A stretch of 38,138 bases of DNA from Puniceicoccales bacterium (GCA_031289835.1 JAITOW010000007.1:1-38138), one strand, 5' to 3'. Counted from the first letter of the stretch, positions 26,983-35,608 are shown. Translations and numbers: made by a program. Notes: generated from the sequence alone by a model not told the origin.

Positions 26983-28179
26983 TCATGCCTGGCCGATCTC
27001 TCGCAAGAGCTTTGAAAATTCAGCGTTACCTTTCCCATCGAACGGTTTTCCTCCCCCTATGCGATTGAAGGATATGCAGGCCAGAGAATCTCCGTTGTCC
27101 TCGTCCAATCCGATCACGCCGGAAGCTCCTTCCAATGCCGATTGTACGGCAAACCTCGCGCACTGTTTTATCAGTCCGAGGTCACGGTCATTTGCCTTTG
27201 ATGAGCGCGCAAAATATCCACTTTTCTGCACGAGAACCTTTTCCGCCTCCAACTTTTCAGCGAACTGCGAACCGAACCATTTGCCCGGATTCACAGCATC
27301 GAGCTTGACATGTCCGAAGGCGTCAACGGGCACTTCTTCGCCATTTTTGCGCATAATTTCGACAATTTCCTGGATGCAGGCCCCTTCGCTGACAAAAATG
27401 TTAACATTCCCGATCCTGTCCATAATCGCCCTTAGCCTTGCGGCTTCACCGTCGATGCTAACGGTCAATTCGGGGATATAAACACCGTGGATATCGAAAT
27501 TTTCTCGACTCAGCCCGATGTTTGCCATGAAGCTTTTTGCCGACAAGATTTTTCGATAGTCCATGGCAGCATGCGCCGTCAACCATCCGCAGTGGCGCCC
27601 CATAACTTCATGAACGATCAGCATGCGCGGATTTGCCGTATTTTCCGCAACGACGTGCTCGAAAAATTTCGCCGATTCCTCGGCGGCAGTCCAAGCTCCA
27701 AGGCTCTGCTTTATCGGATAAACATCGTTGTCAACTGTCTTTGCTAAGCCAACCACCTGCAAATTATAGCCGTGGGTTTTTAAAAATTTTGCCAGATCCG
27801 CGGCAGCGGTGTTTGTGTCGTCCCCTCCGATCGTGTGCAAGACGCTGACATTATCCTTCACGAGCTGGTCGGCGGCAACTTTCAACGGGTCTTCCCTCCC
27901 GCGCACGAGCCCGCGTTTCACACAATCGGCAACATTGGTCAATTTAACCCTGCTGTTGCCAATTGGGCTTCCGCCGAAATCATGCAAAATCGAAATCATC
28001 TTTCTATCGGATGGGGATAAGGTGACCGAGTCGCCCAATACCAAGCCCTTATACCCAAACTTGTAACAGATAATTTTTATGTCAGGTGCAATTTTGGAAT
28101 ATTCCTCGATCAGGGATGCGATCGACGAGGAAAGACACGGGGCAAGCCCACCAGCGGTAAGAATGGCTACGTTCTCCAT
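26983..28179 (-). CDS. phosphofructokinase, pyrophosphate-dependent type (PPi-PFK)
   Basis: PFK motifs ILTAGGLAPCLSS, TIGGDDTNTAA, LAKTVDNDV and MGRHCGWLT. The Asp in GGDD and the Lys in AKTVDND are the residues known to distinguish PPi-PFK from ATP-PFK (GGDG and PGTIDND). Confidence 0.85.
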   Translation of the reverse strand: MENVAILTAGGLAPCLSSSIASLIEEYSKIAPDIKIICYKFGYKGLVLGDSVTLSPSDRKMISILHDFGGSPIGNSRVKLTNVADCVKRGLVRGREDPLKVAADQLVKDNVSVLHTIGGDDTNTAAADLAKFLKTHGYNLQVVGLAKTVDNDVYPIKQSLGAWTAAEESAKFFEHVVAENTANPRMLIVHEVMGRHCGWLTAHAAMDYRKILSAKSFMANIGLSRENFDIHGVYIPELTVSIDGEAARLRAIMDRIGNVNIFVSEGACIQEIVEIMRKNGEEVPVDAFGHVKLDAVNPGKWFGSQFAEKLEAEKVLVQKSGYFARSSKANDRDLGLIKQCARFAVQSALEGASGVIGLDEDNGDSLACISFNRIGGGKPFDGKGNAEFSKLLREIGQA

Positions 28180-28217
28180 GGAAAAATGCTAGGATTTTTT
28201 AAAAAATTTTGCGAGAA

Positions 28218-29483
28218 TTATTTGCAAAATCTCACCCGATTGAACGGATAAAAGACGAACAATGGCTTGCCGGAAACCTCCTTTTCGGGAACAAATCCCC
28301 AAAATCGGCTATCTCCGCTGTCCCTCGAATTGTCTCCCAACACAAAATATTCGCCGCGGTTTACTTCGACAACATTCTGCTTCGACAGCGATCCAAGGTC
28401 CGTGTAGCCGTAATATCCATTGGTCCCGGCATTTTCACGTTGAAAAATTTCCGAGCCCTGAATTTCGACTCCATTTCTATATAATGTGTTGGCCACCAAT
28501 TGAATAGAGTCGCCATCTTGGCCCACCAAACGTTTGATAAAGTAGCGCGGTTCTCCGAACAAATTTTCGATTTTTTCCGTGCGAAAGACGATGGCTTCAC
28601 CTATTTTTGGCTTGCGAAAGTGATATGCCAGTTTGTTAACAAACAGCACATCCCCGCAAATTCGATCAAAATTTATGAGCGTCTGCCCTGATTCTACGCG
28701 TCCCCCGGTACGGAACCATATGGTATCACCCGCAATTTTGAACTTTTCCGGGTAAGTATCGTAAATTTTTTGCCAACTTTCGTGCCCATCGCCGAATTTT
28801 TCGAGTAGAATTTCGTCCATGGAAAAATCTTCCGGTACGCGAATCTCCTGATCCTTATTTCCAATTTTCAACCTATATACACGATTTGTCGCTGGGATAA
28901 GACCGAAACAAATTCGCCCGGGTCCATACTCAAATTTCACTATCCCGTTGTGCGACCATAGGTGCGAGCGCTGTCTGAAAAGTGGAATCTCCAGAGAACC
29001 GGAATAATCAGACTTAATGCAAAAATTTGTCGTCCCACAAAAAATTCTGTTAAAAAATTTTTTGATGGGAGATGATTCCTTACACTCGGTTGAATGCACA
29101 TAACTCGTTACCCCATAGTACGTTGGAAACATTGAATTCGTCGGTATTTGAAACGTCTGGACGAAAAATGCCCGCAGCGCTATTGCAACAATCGATGCCA
29201 CCAGCAAAACCTCGCAGTTATCGCTCAGGGCTTTCACGGGATAAATATCGCCGCCGTGTTTTGATAGTACAGCCTCCAATTCTTCAGCTATTTTTGCCGT
29301 TTCACCTTCGCTGTCACCGCCAATCGTGGCCCTGAGATCATTTCCAAGCGAAACGATTTCGGAAAAAATTTCCGCGGGAATTATGTGTTTGCGGTAGTTC
29401 AACACTTTTTTACTGTACATCAGCAAAAGTTGCGCACGTTTCCGTGAGTTTAAGCCATCCTTGCGTCCAAAAAATATCGCCAT
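28218..29483 (-). CDS. lepB: signal peptidase I (long form)
   Basis: Catalytic Ser box IPTNSMFPT, the GDVLFVNK region with the general-base Lys, and GDNSRDSGDSRFWGFVP. There is an ~100-aa N-terminal extension before the TM segment. Confidence 0.9.
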   Translation of the reverse strand: MAIFFGRKDGLNSRKRAQLLLMYSKKVLNYRKHIIPAEIFSEIVSLGNDLRATIGGDSEGETAKIAEELEAVLSKHGGDIYPVKALSDNCEVLLVASIVAIALRAFFVQTFQIPTNSMFPTYYGVTSYVHSTECKESSPIKKFFNRIFCGTTNFCIKSDYSGSLEIPLFRQRSHLWSHNGIVKFEYGPGRICFGLIPATNRVYRLKIGNKDQEIRVPEDFSMDEILLEKFGDGHESWQKIYDTYPEKFKIAGDTIWFRTGGRVESGQTLINFDRICGDVLFVNKLAYHFRKPKIGEAIVFRTEKIENLFGEPRYFIKRLVGQDGDSIQLVANTLYRNGVEIQGSEIFQRENAGTNGYYGYTDLGSLSKQNVVEVNRGEYFVLGDNSRDSGDSRFWGFVPEKEVSGKPLFVFYPFNRVRFCK

Positions 29484-29752
29484 TATTTCCCCATTAGAAG
29501 CTTGGCGATGATCTGGTCAACAGTAAACGGGCAGTCTATTGACAGGTGCTTCCTGCGAGACTGTGCACCGGAAATTATTTTTATGGAGTTCTTGCTCACC
29601 GAAAGTTTATCGGACAATAGCCCTATCAAAGCCATATTTGCGCGCGAAGAATCCGGGGGTTCTTGAATTTTTATCCTTATGCCATCATCTTCCCTACCAA
29701 CAACATAACTCTTTGATGAGTTTGGTATGACGTGGACAAAAATGATTACCAT
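29483..29752 (-). CDS. DUF167 (YggU) family protein
   Basis: 89 aa with the YggU-like pattern VIPNSSKS...IKIQEPPDSSRANMALIGLLSDKLSVSKNSIKIISGAQSRRK. Its stop overlaps the lepB start by 1 nt. Confidence 0.75.
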   Translation of the reverse strand: MVIIFVHVIPNSSKSYVVGREDDGIRIKIQEPPDSSRANMALIGLLSDKLSVSKNSIKIISGAQSRRKHLSIDCPFTVDQIIAKLLMGK

Positions 29753-29818
29753 TTAAAAGTGTATACCTGAAAAACACCGGTTCACGTCGCAGTGTTTTCC
29801 TGCGCATCGCCAATTCCC

Positions 29819-30337
29819 TCAGGCTTCGTCAGCCTCACCCATTACATATTTTCTCACATTTTCCTCTCCCACAACACGAATTGCAATGTCTCTACCATGT
29901 AACTTTTCGAGGCCGTTGTATCTGCAAACCACAGCTTTTTTAAAAGCCCCACTTTCACCGTACTTTCCTATGGAAAACGACGTGCACTTCTGCACCCCTG
30001 GAGCTGGGCGCCACGTTACCGAATAAAATTCGAGCATTTTTCCGTTTTTACCAGGTTTTTTCAACCTTGATACGCCAATTACCCCCGTCGAATTCCTCGA
30101 ATCGCGATAAACAATTTTCTTTGCGCGCGGATTAGAGGGGATGGCTTTCAAACGAGTACTTAGGTCATCGCGGAACGCACACGCCTGGCTCAACGCCTCC
30201 TTTGAAGAGCCTATCTTACGATCGCTAAACAACTTGGAATATCGCTTGCCATTTTTGTACCCGCGAACCAGCCACCCCTTCGTGGTTTTCGAGTCAATCC
30301 TACTTATTCCTTTTTCATGCACAAAATTGCTATCCAT
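29819..30337 (-). CDS. tandem AP2/ERF-like DNA-binding domain protein
   Basis: Two AP2-like units. The first is GISRIDSKTTKGWLVRGYKNGKRYSKLFSD...SKEALSQACAFRD. The second is TGVIGVSRLKKPGKNGKMLEFYSVTWRP...KCTSFSIGKYGESGAFKKAVVCR. Both follow the pattern G(V/I)..... W.(V/A).....GK.....F......A...A...R. Confidence 0.6.
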   Translation of the reverse strand: MDSNFVHEKGISRIDSKTTKGWLVRGYKNGKRYSKLFSDRKIGSSKEALSQACAFRDDLSTRLKAIPSNPRAKKIVYRDSRNSTGVIGVSRLKKPGKNGKMLEFYSVTWRPAPGVQKCTSFSIGKYGESGAFKKAVVCRYNGLEKLHGRDIAIRVVGEENVRKYVMGEADEA

Positions 30338-30373
30338 ATTTTATTCCATAAGATTAAATTATGATTGGCACGG

Positions 30374-30418
30374 TAGGAAGTTTTTTTTACAAGTCAACAT
30401 TCTAAATAGGAAGTTTTT
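30374..30418. repeat. two exact 12-nt direct repeats TAGGAAGTTTTT (30374-30385 and 30407-30418), 33 nt centre to centre
   Basis: Read directly in the 123-nt intergenic region upstream of the AP2 gene. A CATAAT -10-like hexamer on the minus strand lies just downstream of the proximal copy. Confidence 0.6.
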
Positions 30419-30460
30419 GCATAGCACACATAATTTTTTACCAATTTCTTACCCACTTGC

Positions 30461-31399
30461 TCAATTGGAAGCCATGGGGAGGTTCGTGCGGATTTTTTCT
30501 TCAACTGCCAATGCAATTTCTAAAGATTCCTTACCAAGTTCGGCATCAACCTTCGGTGGGGCACTGGATCGGATGCAGCTCAAAAATGATAGTAGCTCCA
30601 TTTTAAGCGGCTCTTCCATTTCAATGGGAATTTCTAACTTTTTAAAAATTTTGTCAGCTGTTTTTATGAGGTGCCCCCTTTGGTTCATGAAATCCAGGGA
30701 AAGGTACATGCCTTCTTGAAAGATGCGAATTTCACGCACTTTTTTCTCACTTATCCTGCTTACGCTGATATCCGAAATGCATCCGCTCTTAAAATACAAC
30801 CTAGCATTGGCAATGTCTCCGGTATTGGACAGAACGTGCATGCCAATCGCTTCCACTCGCACCACCTCTGACTTCACGAGCTGTAGCATGACCCCAATAT
30901 CATGTATCATGAGATCCAAAACCACACTAACATCCGTTCCGCGTGGGCTAAAAGGTGCCAGGCGTTGTGTCGCTATAAACCGCGGAAATTTGACAGTTTT
31001 CTCCAAAAATTTCATCACGGGATTATAGTGTTCAATGTGGCCAACCTGCAAAACAAGATTGCGAATTTCCGCTTCCCGACACATTTGTTCCGCATCGGCC
31101 AATGAGAAGCACATGGGTTTCTCAACGAGCAGATGAAGGTTTTTTCTAAGCAATGGTAGGGCGACTTCGGCGTGTTTATCGGTTGGGGTCACAATACTTG
31201 CACAGTCGCAATTGGCCGCAATTTCCTCCAAGCTTTCAAACACTCGGCAATTGTACAACTCTGCGACCTCACCGGCCCGTGCAAAATCGCAGTCCAATAC
31301 GCCAACGAGCTCGCAACCCTCAAGTTGCGAATATAATCTCGCGTGGTGCTGGCCGAGAAATCCGACGCCAACGACACCACATCTTATATCACTTCTCAC
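30461..31399 (-). CDS. Gfo/Idh/MocA-family NAD(P)-dependent oxidoreductase
   Basis: N-terminal Rossmann motif IRCGVVGVGFLGQHHARLY and the EKP motif (LLVEKPM) typical of this family. The substrate cannot be assigned. Confidence 0.8.
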   Translation of the reverse strand: MRSDIRCGVVGVGFLGQHHARLYSQLEGCELVGVLDCDFARAGEVAELYNCRVFESLEEIAANCDCASIVTPTDKHAEVALPLLRKNLHLLVEKPMCFSLADAEQMCREAEIRNLVLQVGHIEHYNPVMKFLEKTVKFPRFIATQRLAPFSPRGTDVSVVLDLMIHDIGVMLQLVKSEVVRVEAIGMHVLSNTGDIANARLYFKSGCISDISVSRISEKKVREIRIFQEGMYLSLDFMNQRGHLIKTADKIFKKLEIPIEMEEPLKMELLSFLSCIRSSAPPKVDAELGKESLEIALAVEEKIRTNLPMASN

Positions 31400-31515
31400 G
31401 GAAGTCAGATAGCAATTAAATTGGCCACTTACAAGTTAAACCTTCCGGTGACATTGGCTTAAAATTCTGGCAAACGGAAGATCAAAGGTCTCATTAAAAG
31501 CTTGACTATTTGAGC

Positions 31516-31535
31516 AAAACCCATGTTTTCCAAGC
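31516..31535 (+). repeat. degenerate partial copy of tRNA-Gly (D-arm 3' half plus anticodon arm)
   Basis: AAAACCCATGTTTTCCAAGC matches tRNA positions 31558-31577 (AAAACCCATGCCTTCCAAGC) at 18 of 20 nt. Weaker similarity extends 5' (TATTTGAGC versus TAGTTTAGAGGT). Confidence 0.5.
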
Positions 31536-31538
31536 CAA

Positions 31539-31612
31539 GCGGGCATAGTTTAGAGGTAAAACCCATGCCTTCCAAGCATGTGTCGTCGGTTCGATTCCGT
31601 CTGCCCGCACCA
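31539..31612 (+). tRNA. tRNA-Gly (anticodon UCC), CCA encoded
   Basis: Acceptor GCGGGCA/TGCCCGC, D-stem GTTT/AAAC, anticodon stem CATGC/GCATG with loop CTTCCAA, T-loop TTCGATT, then A-CCA. Confidence 0.92.
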
Positions 31613-31618
31613 GCGGTG

Positions 31619-32317
31619 TTACTTAGATTCCCACTCGACACCGGAAGAGCTTAGGGCTTTGGCGCCGTGATTCAAAGCATCCGGAAGTCTTGTTGTACTG
31701 TCACCTGTGTAAAAGCTCAGCATCTGAGATTCCTCATCGGTGACATTATTAAAAAACCTGACGTGACCATCCAGAAAGGCTATGAAACCACCCTCTTCCC
31801 CATACATGCCGTCCTTTTTCCACGCTCCAGTGTTGACATCAAGCCCACGGCTGTAAATGATCGGCGTTGTGGATGCGGGAGCGCCGGCGGAAATATTTGT
31901 CACAACAACCACGCTTAATGGAAATTTTAAAAAATCATCACTTGGACGCCACGGACCGCCATTCGCTTTTCCGATCAATTTCGGTTTCTTCAGACGCGAC
32001 GATGAAACCAGGGGATCGGAATTGGAAAAATAAACCTCCGGAGAATCCAAATAACCACGCCTAGCGAGCACATTCGCAAATTCATACAAATTTTTACACT
32101 GAGCCACATCGCGCCTATCGTAGTTATCGTGCAGGTAATTCATGTAAGCTATGGCAATTTGGCGCATGTTACTGGCATCCTCCATCTTACGCGCCCTGTC
32201 AATCATATTTCCAACCGATGGAAACAAAAGCCCCGCCAGGATACCGATTACCGCTATCACGGCCAAAATTTCTATTAGGGTAAACGCACACTTTTCCTTC
32301 CCCATTGGCCCAATCAT
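31619..32317 (-). CDS. prepilin-type N-terminal cleavage/methylation domain protein, DUF1559-like
   Basis: The signal KCAFTLIEILAVIAVIGILAGLLFP followed by C-terminal FLDGHVRFF. This is the architecture of the DUF1559 family, which is massively expanded in Planctomycetes, Verrucomicrobia and Lentisphaerae. Confidence 0.8.
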   Translation of the reverse strand: MIGPMGKEKCAFTLIEILAVIAVIGILAGLLFPSVGNMIDRARKMEDASNMRQIAIAYMNYLHDNYDRRDVAQCKNLYEFANVLARRGYLDSPEVYFSNSDPLVSSSRLKKPKLIGKANGGPWRPSDDFLKFPLSVVVVTNISAGAPASTTPIIYSRGLDVNTGAWKKDGMYGEEGGFIAFLDGHVRFFNNVTDEESQMLSFYTGDSTTRLPDALNHGAKALSSSGVEWESK

Positions 32318-32411
32318 GGGGAAGATTCAACGAAATTCAAGACTTTTCAAATAAAATTACGTTTCCCATTGTTTTCGCGGATCACGCAAATTTTTCACCG
32401 TCAAAATTTAA

Positions 32412-33674
32412 CTACCCGTATGGCAGTGGAAATTCTGAACACAGCTCCATGACGTCCTCCCTAATTGTGGAAAATTCCTCCCCGCGGGAGACATTATCCA
32501 GCACCACTTTAATCATATTAGCAACTTGTTTCATTTCCGGTTCTTTCATTCCGCGCGAAGTCACGGCTGGGGTACCAAGCCTTAAGCCGCTAGCCTGAAA
32601 TGGGCTTCTGGTCTCATTTGGCACGGTGTTGCGATTGGTTGTGATGTTAACTCTCTCCAATGCACACTGGGCATCCCTCCCGGAAATCTCCGGATGACTA
32701 TCGCGCAGGTCAATGAGTAGGAGATGGTTATCCGTCCCGCCGGAAACAATGGACAGCTGCAGAGTTTGCAACTCCACGGCTAAGGCGGAAGCATTCACCA
32801 GGATTTGTTGCTGATATTTTTTGAACATTGGGGAGAGCGCCTCCTTGAAGCACACCGCTTTAGCGGCGATGATGTGCATCAGGGGGCCGCCCTGAGTGCC
32901 GGGGAAAATCGCGGAATCTATGTCCTTCGCAAACTGCTGCTTGCACATTATCATGCCCCCCCGCGGACCGCGCAGGGTTTTATGAGTCGTCGTTGTCACA
33001 AAGTCGCAAAACGGCACCGGGCTCTGGTGCAGTCTAACCGCAACGAGTCCCGCGATGTGAGCGATGTCCGCCATGACCAAAGCTCCACATCCGTGGGCGA
33101 TATTGGCCACACGCTCGAAATCTATGCTGCGTGGGTATGCGGATGCGCCGATAGTAACCAGCTTCGGCCTACTTTTACGGGCAACTTCCAGCAGCTCGTC
33201 GTAATCAATTCGGCAAGTATCTTCGGTGATACCGTAGTGCACCACGTTATACAACATGCCGCTAATATTTTTCGGATGCCCGTGCGTCAAATGTCCGCCA
33301 TTTTCAAGGGACATCGTCAAAATTGTGTCACCCGGTTTGAGCATCGCCATGTAAACCGCCGTATTCGCCTGGCTTCCGGAATGCGGCTGTACGTTCACGT
33401 GTTCGGCCCCAAACAGCATCTTTGCGCGCTCAATTGCCAGAGTCTCAACGACATCGACGCACTGGCATCCCCCATAATAGCGCCTTCCCGAGTACCCCTC
33501 GGCGTACTTATTTGTCAAAATACTGCCCGCGGCTTCCAACACCGCCGGCGAAGTAAAATTTTCGGAAGCTATCAGTTCTATGTGCTGCTCTTGCCTCACC
33601 AATTCGTCCCGTATCGCCGCAAAAATCTCTACGTCGCCGTGCTTAAGGCCCTCCCCATGGAAAAAATTGCTCAT
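32412..33674 (-). CDS. glyA: serine hydroxymethyltransferase
   Basis: PLP-Lys motif [14 protein letters not shown], plus ELIASENF and [13 protein letters not shown]. Confidence 0.97.
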   Translation of the reverse strand: MSNFFHGEGLKHGDVEIFAAIRDELVRQEQHIELIASENFTSPAVLEAAGSILTNKYAEGYSGRRYYGGCQCVDVVETLAIERAKMLFGAEHVNVQPHSGSQANTAVYMAMLKPGDTILTMSLENGGHLTHGHPKNISGMLYNVVHYGITEDTCRIDYDELLEVARKSRPKLVTIGASAYPRSIDFERVANIAHGCGALVMADIAHIAGLVAVRLHQSPVPFCDFVTTTTHKTLRGPRGGMIMCKQQFAKDIDSAIFPGTQGGPLMHIIAAKAVCFKEALSPMFKKYQQQILVNASALAVELQTLQLSIVSGGTDNHLLLIDLRDSHPEISGRDAQCALERVNITTNRNTVPNETRSPFQASGLRLGTPAVTSRGMKEPEMKQVANMIKVVLDNVSRGEEFSTIREDVMELCSEFPLPYG

Positions 33675-33677
33675 ATT

Positions 33678-35510
33678 CTACCGGGACAGTCTTTCCGGTA
33701 GGGCTTTGGCGTCAATAAGTTTTTTTAAAAATGATATGGCACCATCGATGGGCAAAGTTCCGTCGAATTCGCCGTTTATTCGCGAGCGAACGGACACACA
33801 ATTTGCCTGAGCCTCCCTTTCACCGACCACGAATATATGCGGGACCTTATCCAACTCGGCGCGGCGAATTTTTGCCCCAAGTTTTTCGGAATGGGCATCG
33901 ACGCTGCAGCGAATGCCGCTTTCATGGAGTTTATTTTGCAAGTCAGCGCTGAAACCAATTAGGGCATCATTCAACGTCAAAATTCTGACCTGTTCGGGGG
34001 CCAGCCACGTTGGAAAGTCTCCGCCAAAATGCTCGATCAACAGCCCAACGAAGCGTTCAAGCGACCCAAACGGCGCGCGATGGATCATTAGGGGACGATG
34101 TTTCCGATTGTCGTCGCCGATATAGCTCAGATCAAAGCGCTCCGGCAAATTGTAGTCCACCTGCACCGTGCCAAGCTGCCACTCGCGGCCGATAACGTCT
34201 TTGACAATGAAATCAATCTTAGGCCCATAAAATGCAGCTTCCCCTTCCTTTTCTTCGAAGGGAACGCCGAGATTCTTTGCGGATTTGCGCAGGGCCTCCT
34301 CGGAAGCCTGCCAATTGCTGTCGGAGCCAATGTACTTACTCGAGCCCTTGTCCCTCAAACCAATGCGCACCCTAAACTCCGCTATCCCCAGAGTCGAAAA
34401 TATCAGACGCACGAGTCGTAGGCAGCCGTCAATTTCGTCGTTCAGCTGGTCAGCGCGGCAAAATATGTGCGCATCGTCCTGCGTAAAACCGCGCACGCGC
34501 GTCATACCATTCAATTCGCCCGACTGCTCCCAGCGGTACACGGTGCCGAATTCCGCTAGCCTGATCGGTAACTCACGGTAGGAACGCTGTTCGTGGGAAT
34601 ATATTTTCACATGGCCGGGGCAGTTCATCGGTTTCAAAAGAAAGCCGTCTCTCTTGCCCGTCTCCAGATCGGAAAACATCTCCTCGACGGACCCATTGTC
34701 GACTATGCTCGCATCCAGCGTTTCCCGATCCGGGAATGGCGGGAACTGTGACTCCTTGTAATAGGGAAAGTGCCCCGATGTGCGAAATAACCCGAGCTTG
34801 GCGATGTGAGGTGTAAAGACTTGCTGATACCCCTGCTTCATAAGAGCACCGAGTATAAAATTTTGTAGCTCACTGCGAATAATCATCCCATTTGGTAGCC
34901 AAAGAATCATACCGGGACCCACCTCATCGTCGATCATGAACAACTTTAATTCCTTTCCAAGCCGCCTATGGTCCCTTTTTTTTGCTTCCTCAAGCTGCAC
35001 CAAGTAGCTTTCAAGTTCGGCTTTCGAGGGAAAAGCTGTGCCGTATATTCTCTGCATTTGCTTGTTTTTTTCATCGCCGCGATAGTACGCTCCGGCTATG
35101 TTTAGCAGCTTCACGGCTTTCACTTGCTTCGAATGGCGAACGTGCCCTCCCCGACAGAGATCCGTGAACTCGCCGTTTATATACAGCGTAACCTTTTCAT
35201 CGGCGGGTATGTCATTCAAGCGCTCGACCTTATAGTTCTGGTTGCGGTCTTCGAAGAACTTTTTTGCTCCATCACGGGAGACTTCGGTGCGGATAAACTC
35301 CTGATTTTCATCGATGATCTTTTTCATCTCGCTCTCGATGGCAACCAGGTCCTCCTGCGTAAACTTATGCCCGAGGTCGAAGTCGTAGTAAAATCCACCT
35401 TCCGTCGATGGACCGATATCAAGCTTGGCCTCCGGAAATAACCTCATGACCGCAGCCGCCAGTATGTGGGCTGCGGAATGGCGCAATGTATTCAAGTCAA
35501 CTTCATCCAT
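33678..35510 (-). CDS. thrS: threonine--tRNA ligase (no N-terminal TGS domain)
   Basis: Editing-domain HSAAHIL, class II motifs (MNCPGHV, FGTVYRWEQSGELNGMTRVRGFTQDDAHIF, HRAPFGSLERF) and the C-terminal anticodon-binding domain. The protein starts directly at the editing (tRNA_SAD) domain. Confidence 0.95.
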   Translation of the reverse strand: MDEVDLNTLRHSAAHILAAAVMRLFPEAKLDIGPSTEGGFYYDFDLGHKFTQEDLVAIESEMKKIIDENQEFIRTEVSRDGAKKFFEDRNQNYKVERLNDIPADEKVTLYINGEFTDLCRGGHVRHSKQVKAVKLLNIAGAYYRGDEKNKQMQRIYGTAFPSKAELESYLVQLEEAKKRDHRRLGKELKLFMIDDEVGPGMILWLPNGMIIRSELQNFILGALMKQGYQQVFTPHIAKLGLFRTSGHFPYYKESQFPPFPDRETLDASIVDNGSVEEMFSDLETGKRDGFLLKPMNCPGHVKIYSHEQRSYRELPIRLAEFGTVYRWEQSGELNGMTRVRGFTQDDAHIFCRADQLNDEIDGCLRLVRLIFSTLGIAEFRVRIGLRDKGSSKYIGSDSNWQASEEALRKSAKNLGVPFEEKEGEAAFYGPKIDFIVKDVIGREWQLGTVQVDYNLPERFDLSYIGDDNRKHRPLMIHRAPFGSLERFVGLLIEHFGGDFPTWLAPEQVRILTLNDALIGFSADLQNKLHESGIRCSVDAHSEKLGAKIRRAELDKVPHIFVVGEREAQANCVSVRSRINGEFDGTLPIDGAISFLKKLIDAKALPERLSR

Positions 35511-35540
35511 GGGGGGATGCTAGCCGGTACTTTGTAGAAA

Positions 35541-35605
35541 ACAAATAAAAAATTAAGAATCAAAGCTGGGACATACCACACCACACCACACCCTGGCTTC
35601 GATTC
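35541..35605 (-). terminator. long imperfect hairpin plus U-tract (minus strand) between tsaD and thrS; loop is a (GGUGU)3 repeat
   Basis: Minus-strand RNA has GAAUCGAAGC-CA-GGG [UGUGGUGUGGUGUGGUAUGU] CCC-A-GCUUUGAUUC, followed by UUAAUUUUUUAUUUGU. That gives 10 bp plus 3 bp with a small internal loop. One pair is G.U on the minus strand but A.C on the plus strand, which favours function on the minus strand. The hairpin starts 3 nt after the tsaD stop. Confidence 0.5.
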
Positions 35606-35608
35606 CAA

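Noticed and set aside
35576-35590. The (CCACA)3 tandem repeat considered as a CRISPR-like or phase-variation element.
   Set aside because: It is far too short and has no spacers, so it is not CRISPR. It is not inside a coding region or at promoter spacer distance, so classic phase variation is unlikely. I treat it as the loop of the tsaD-thrS hairpin instead.
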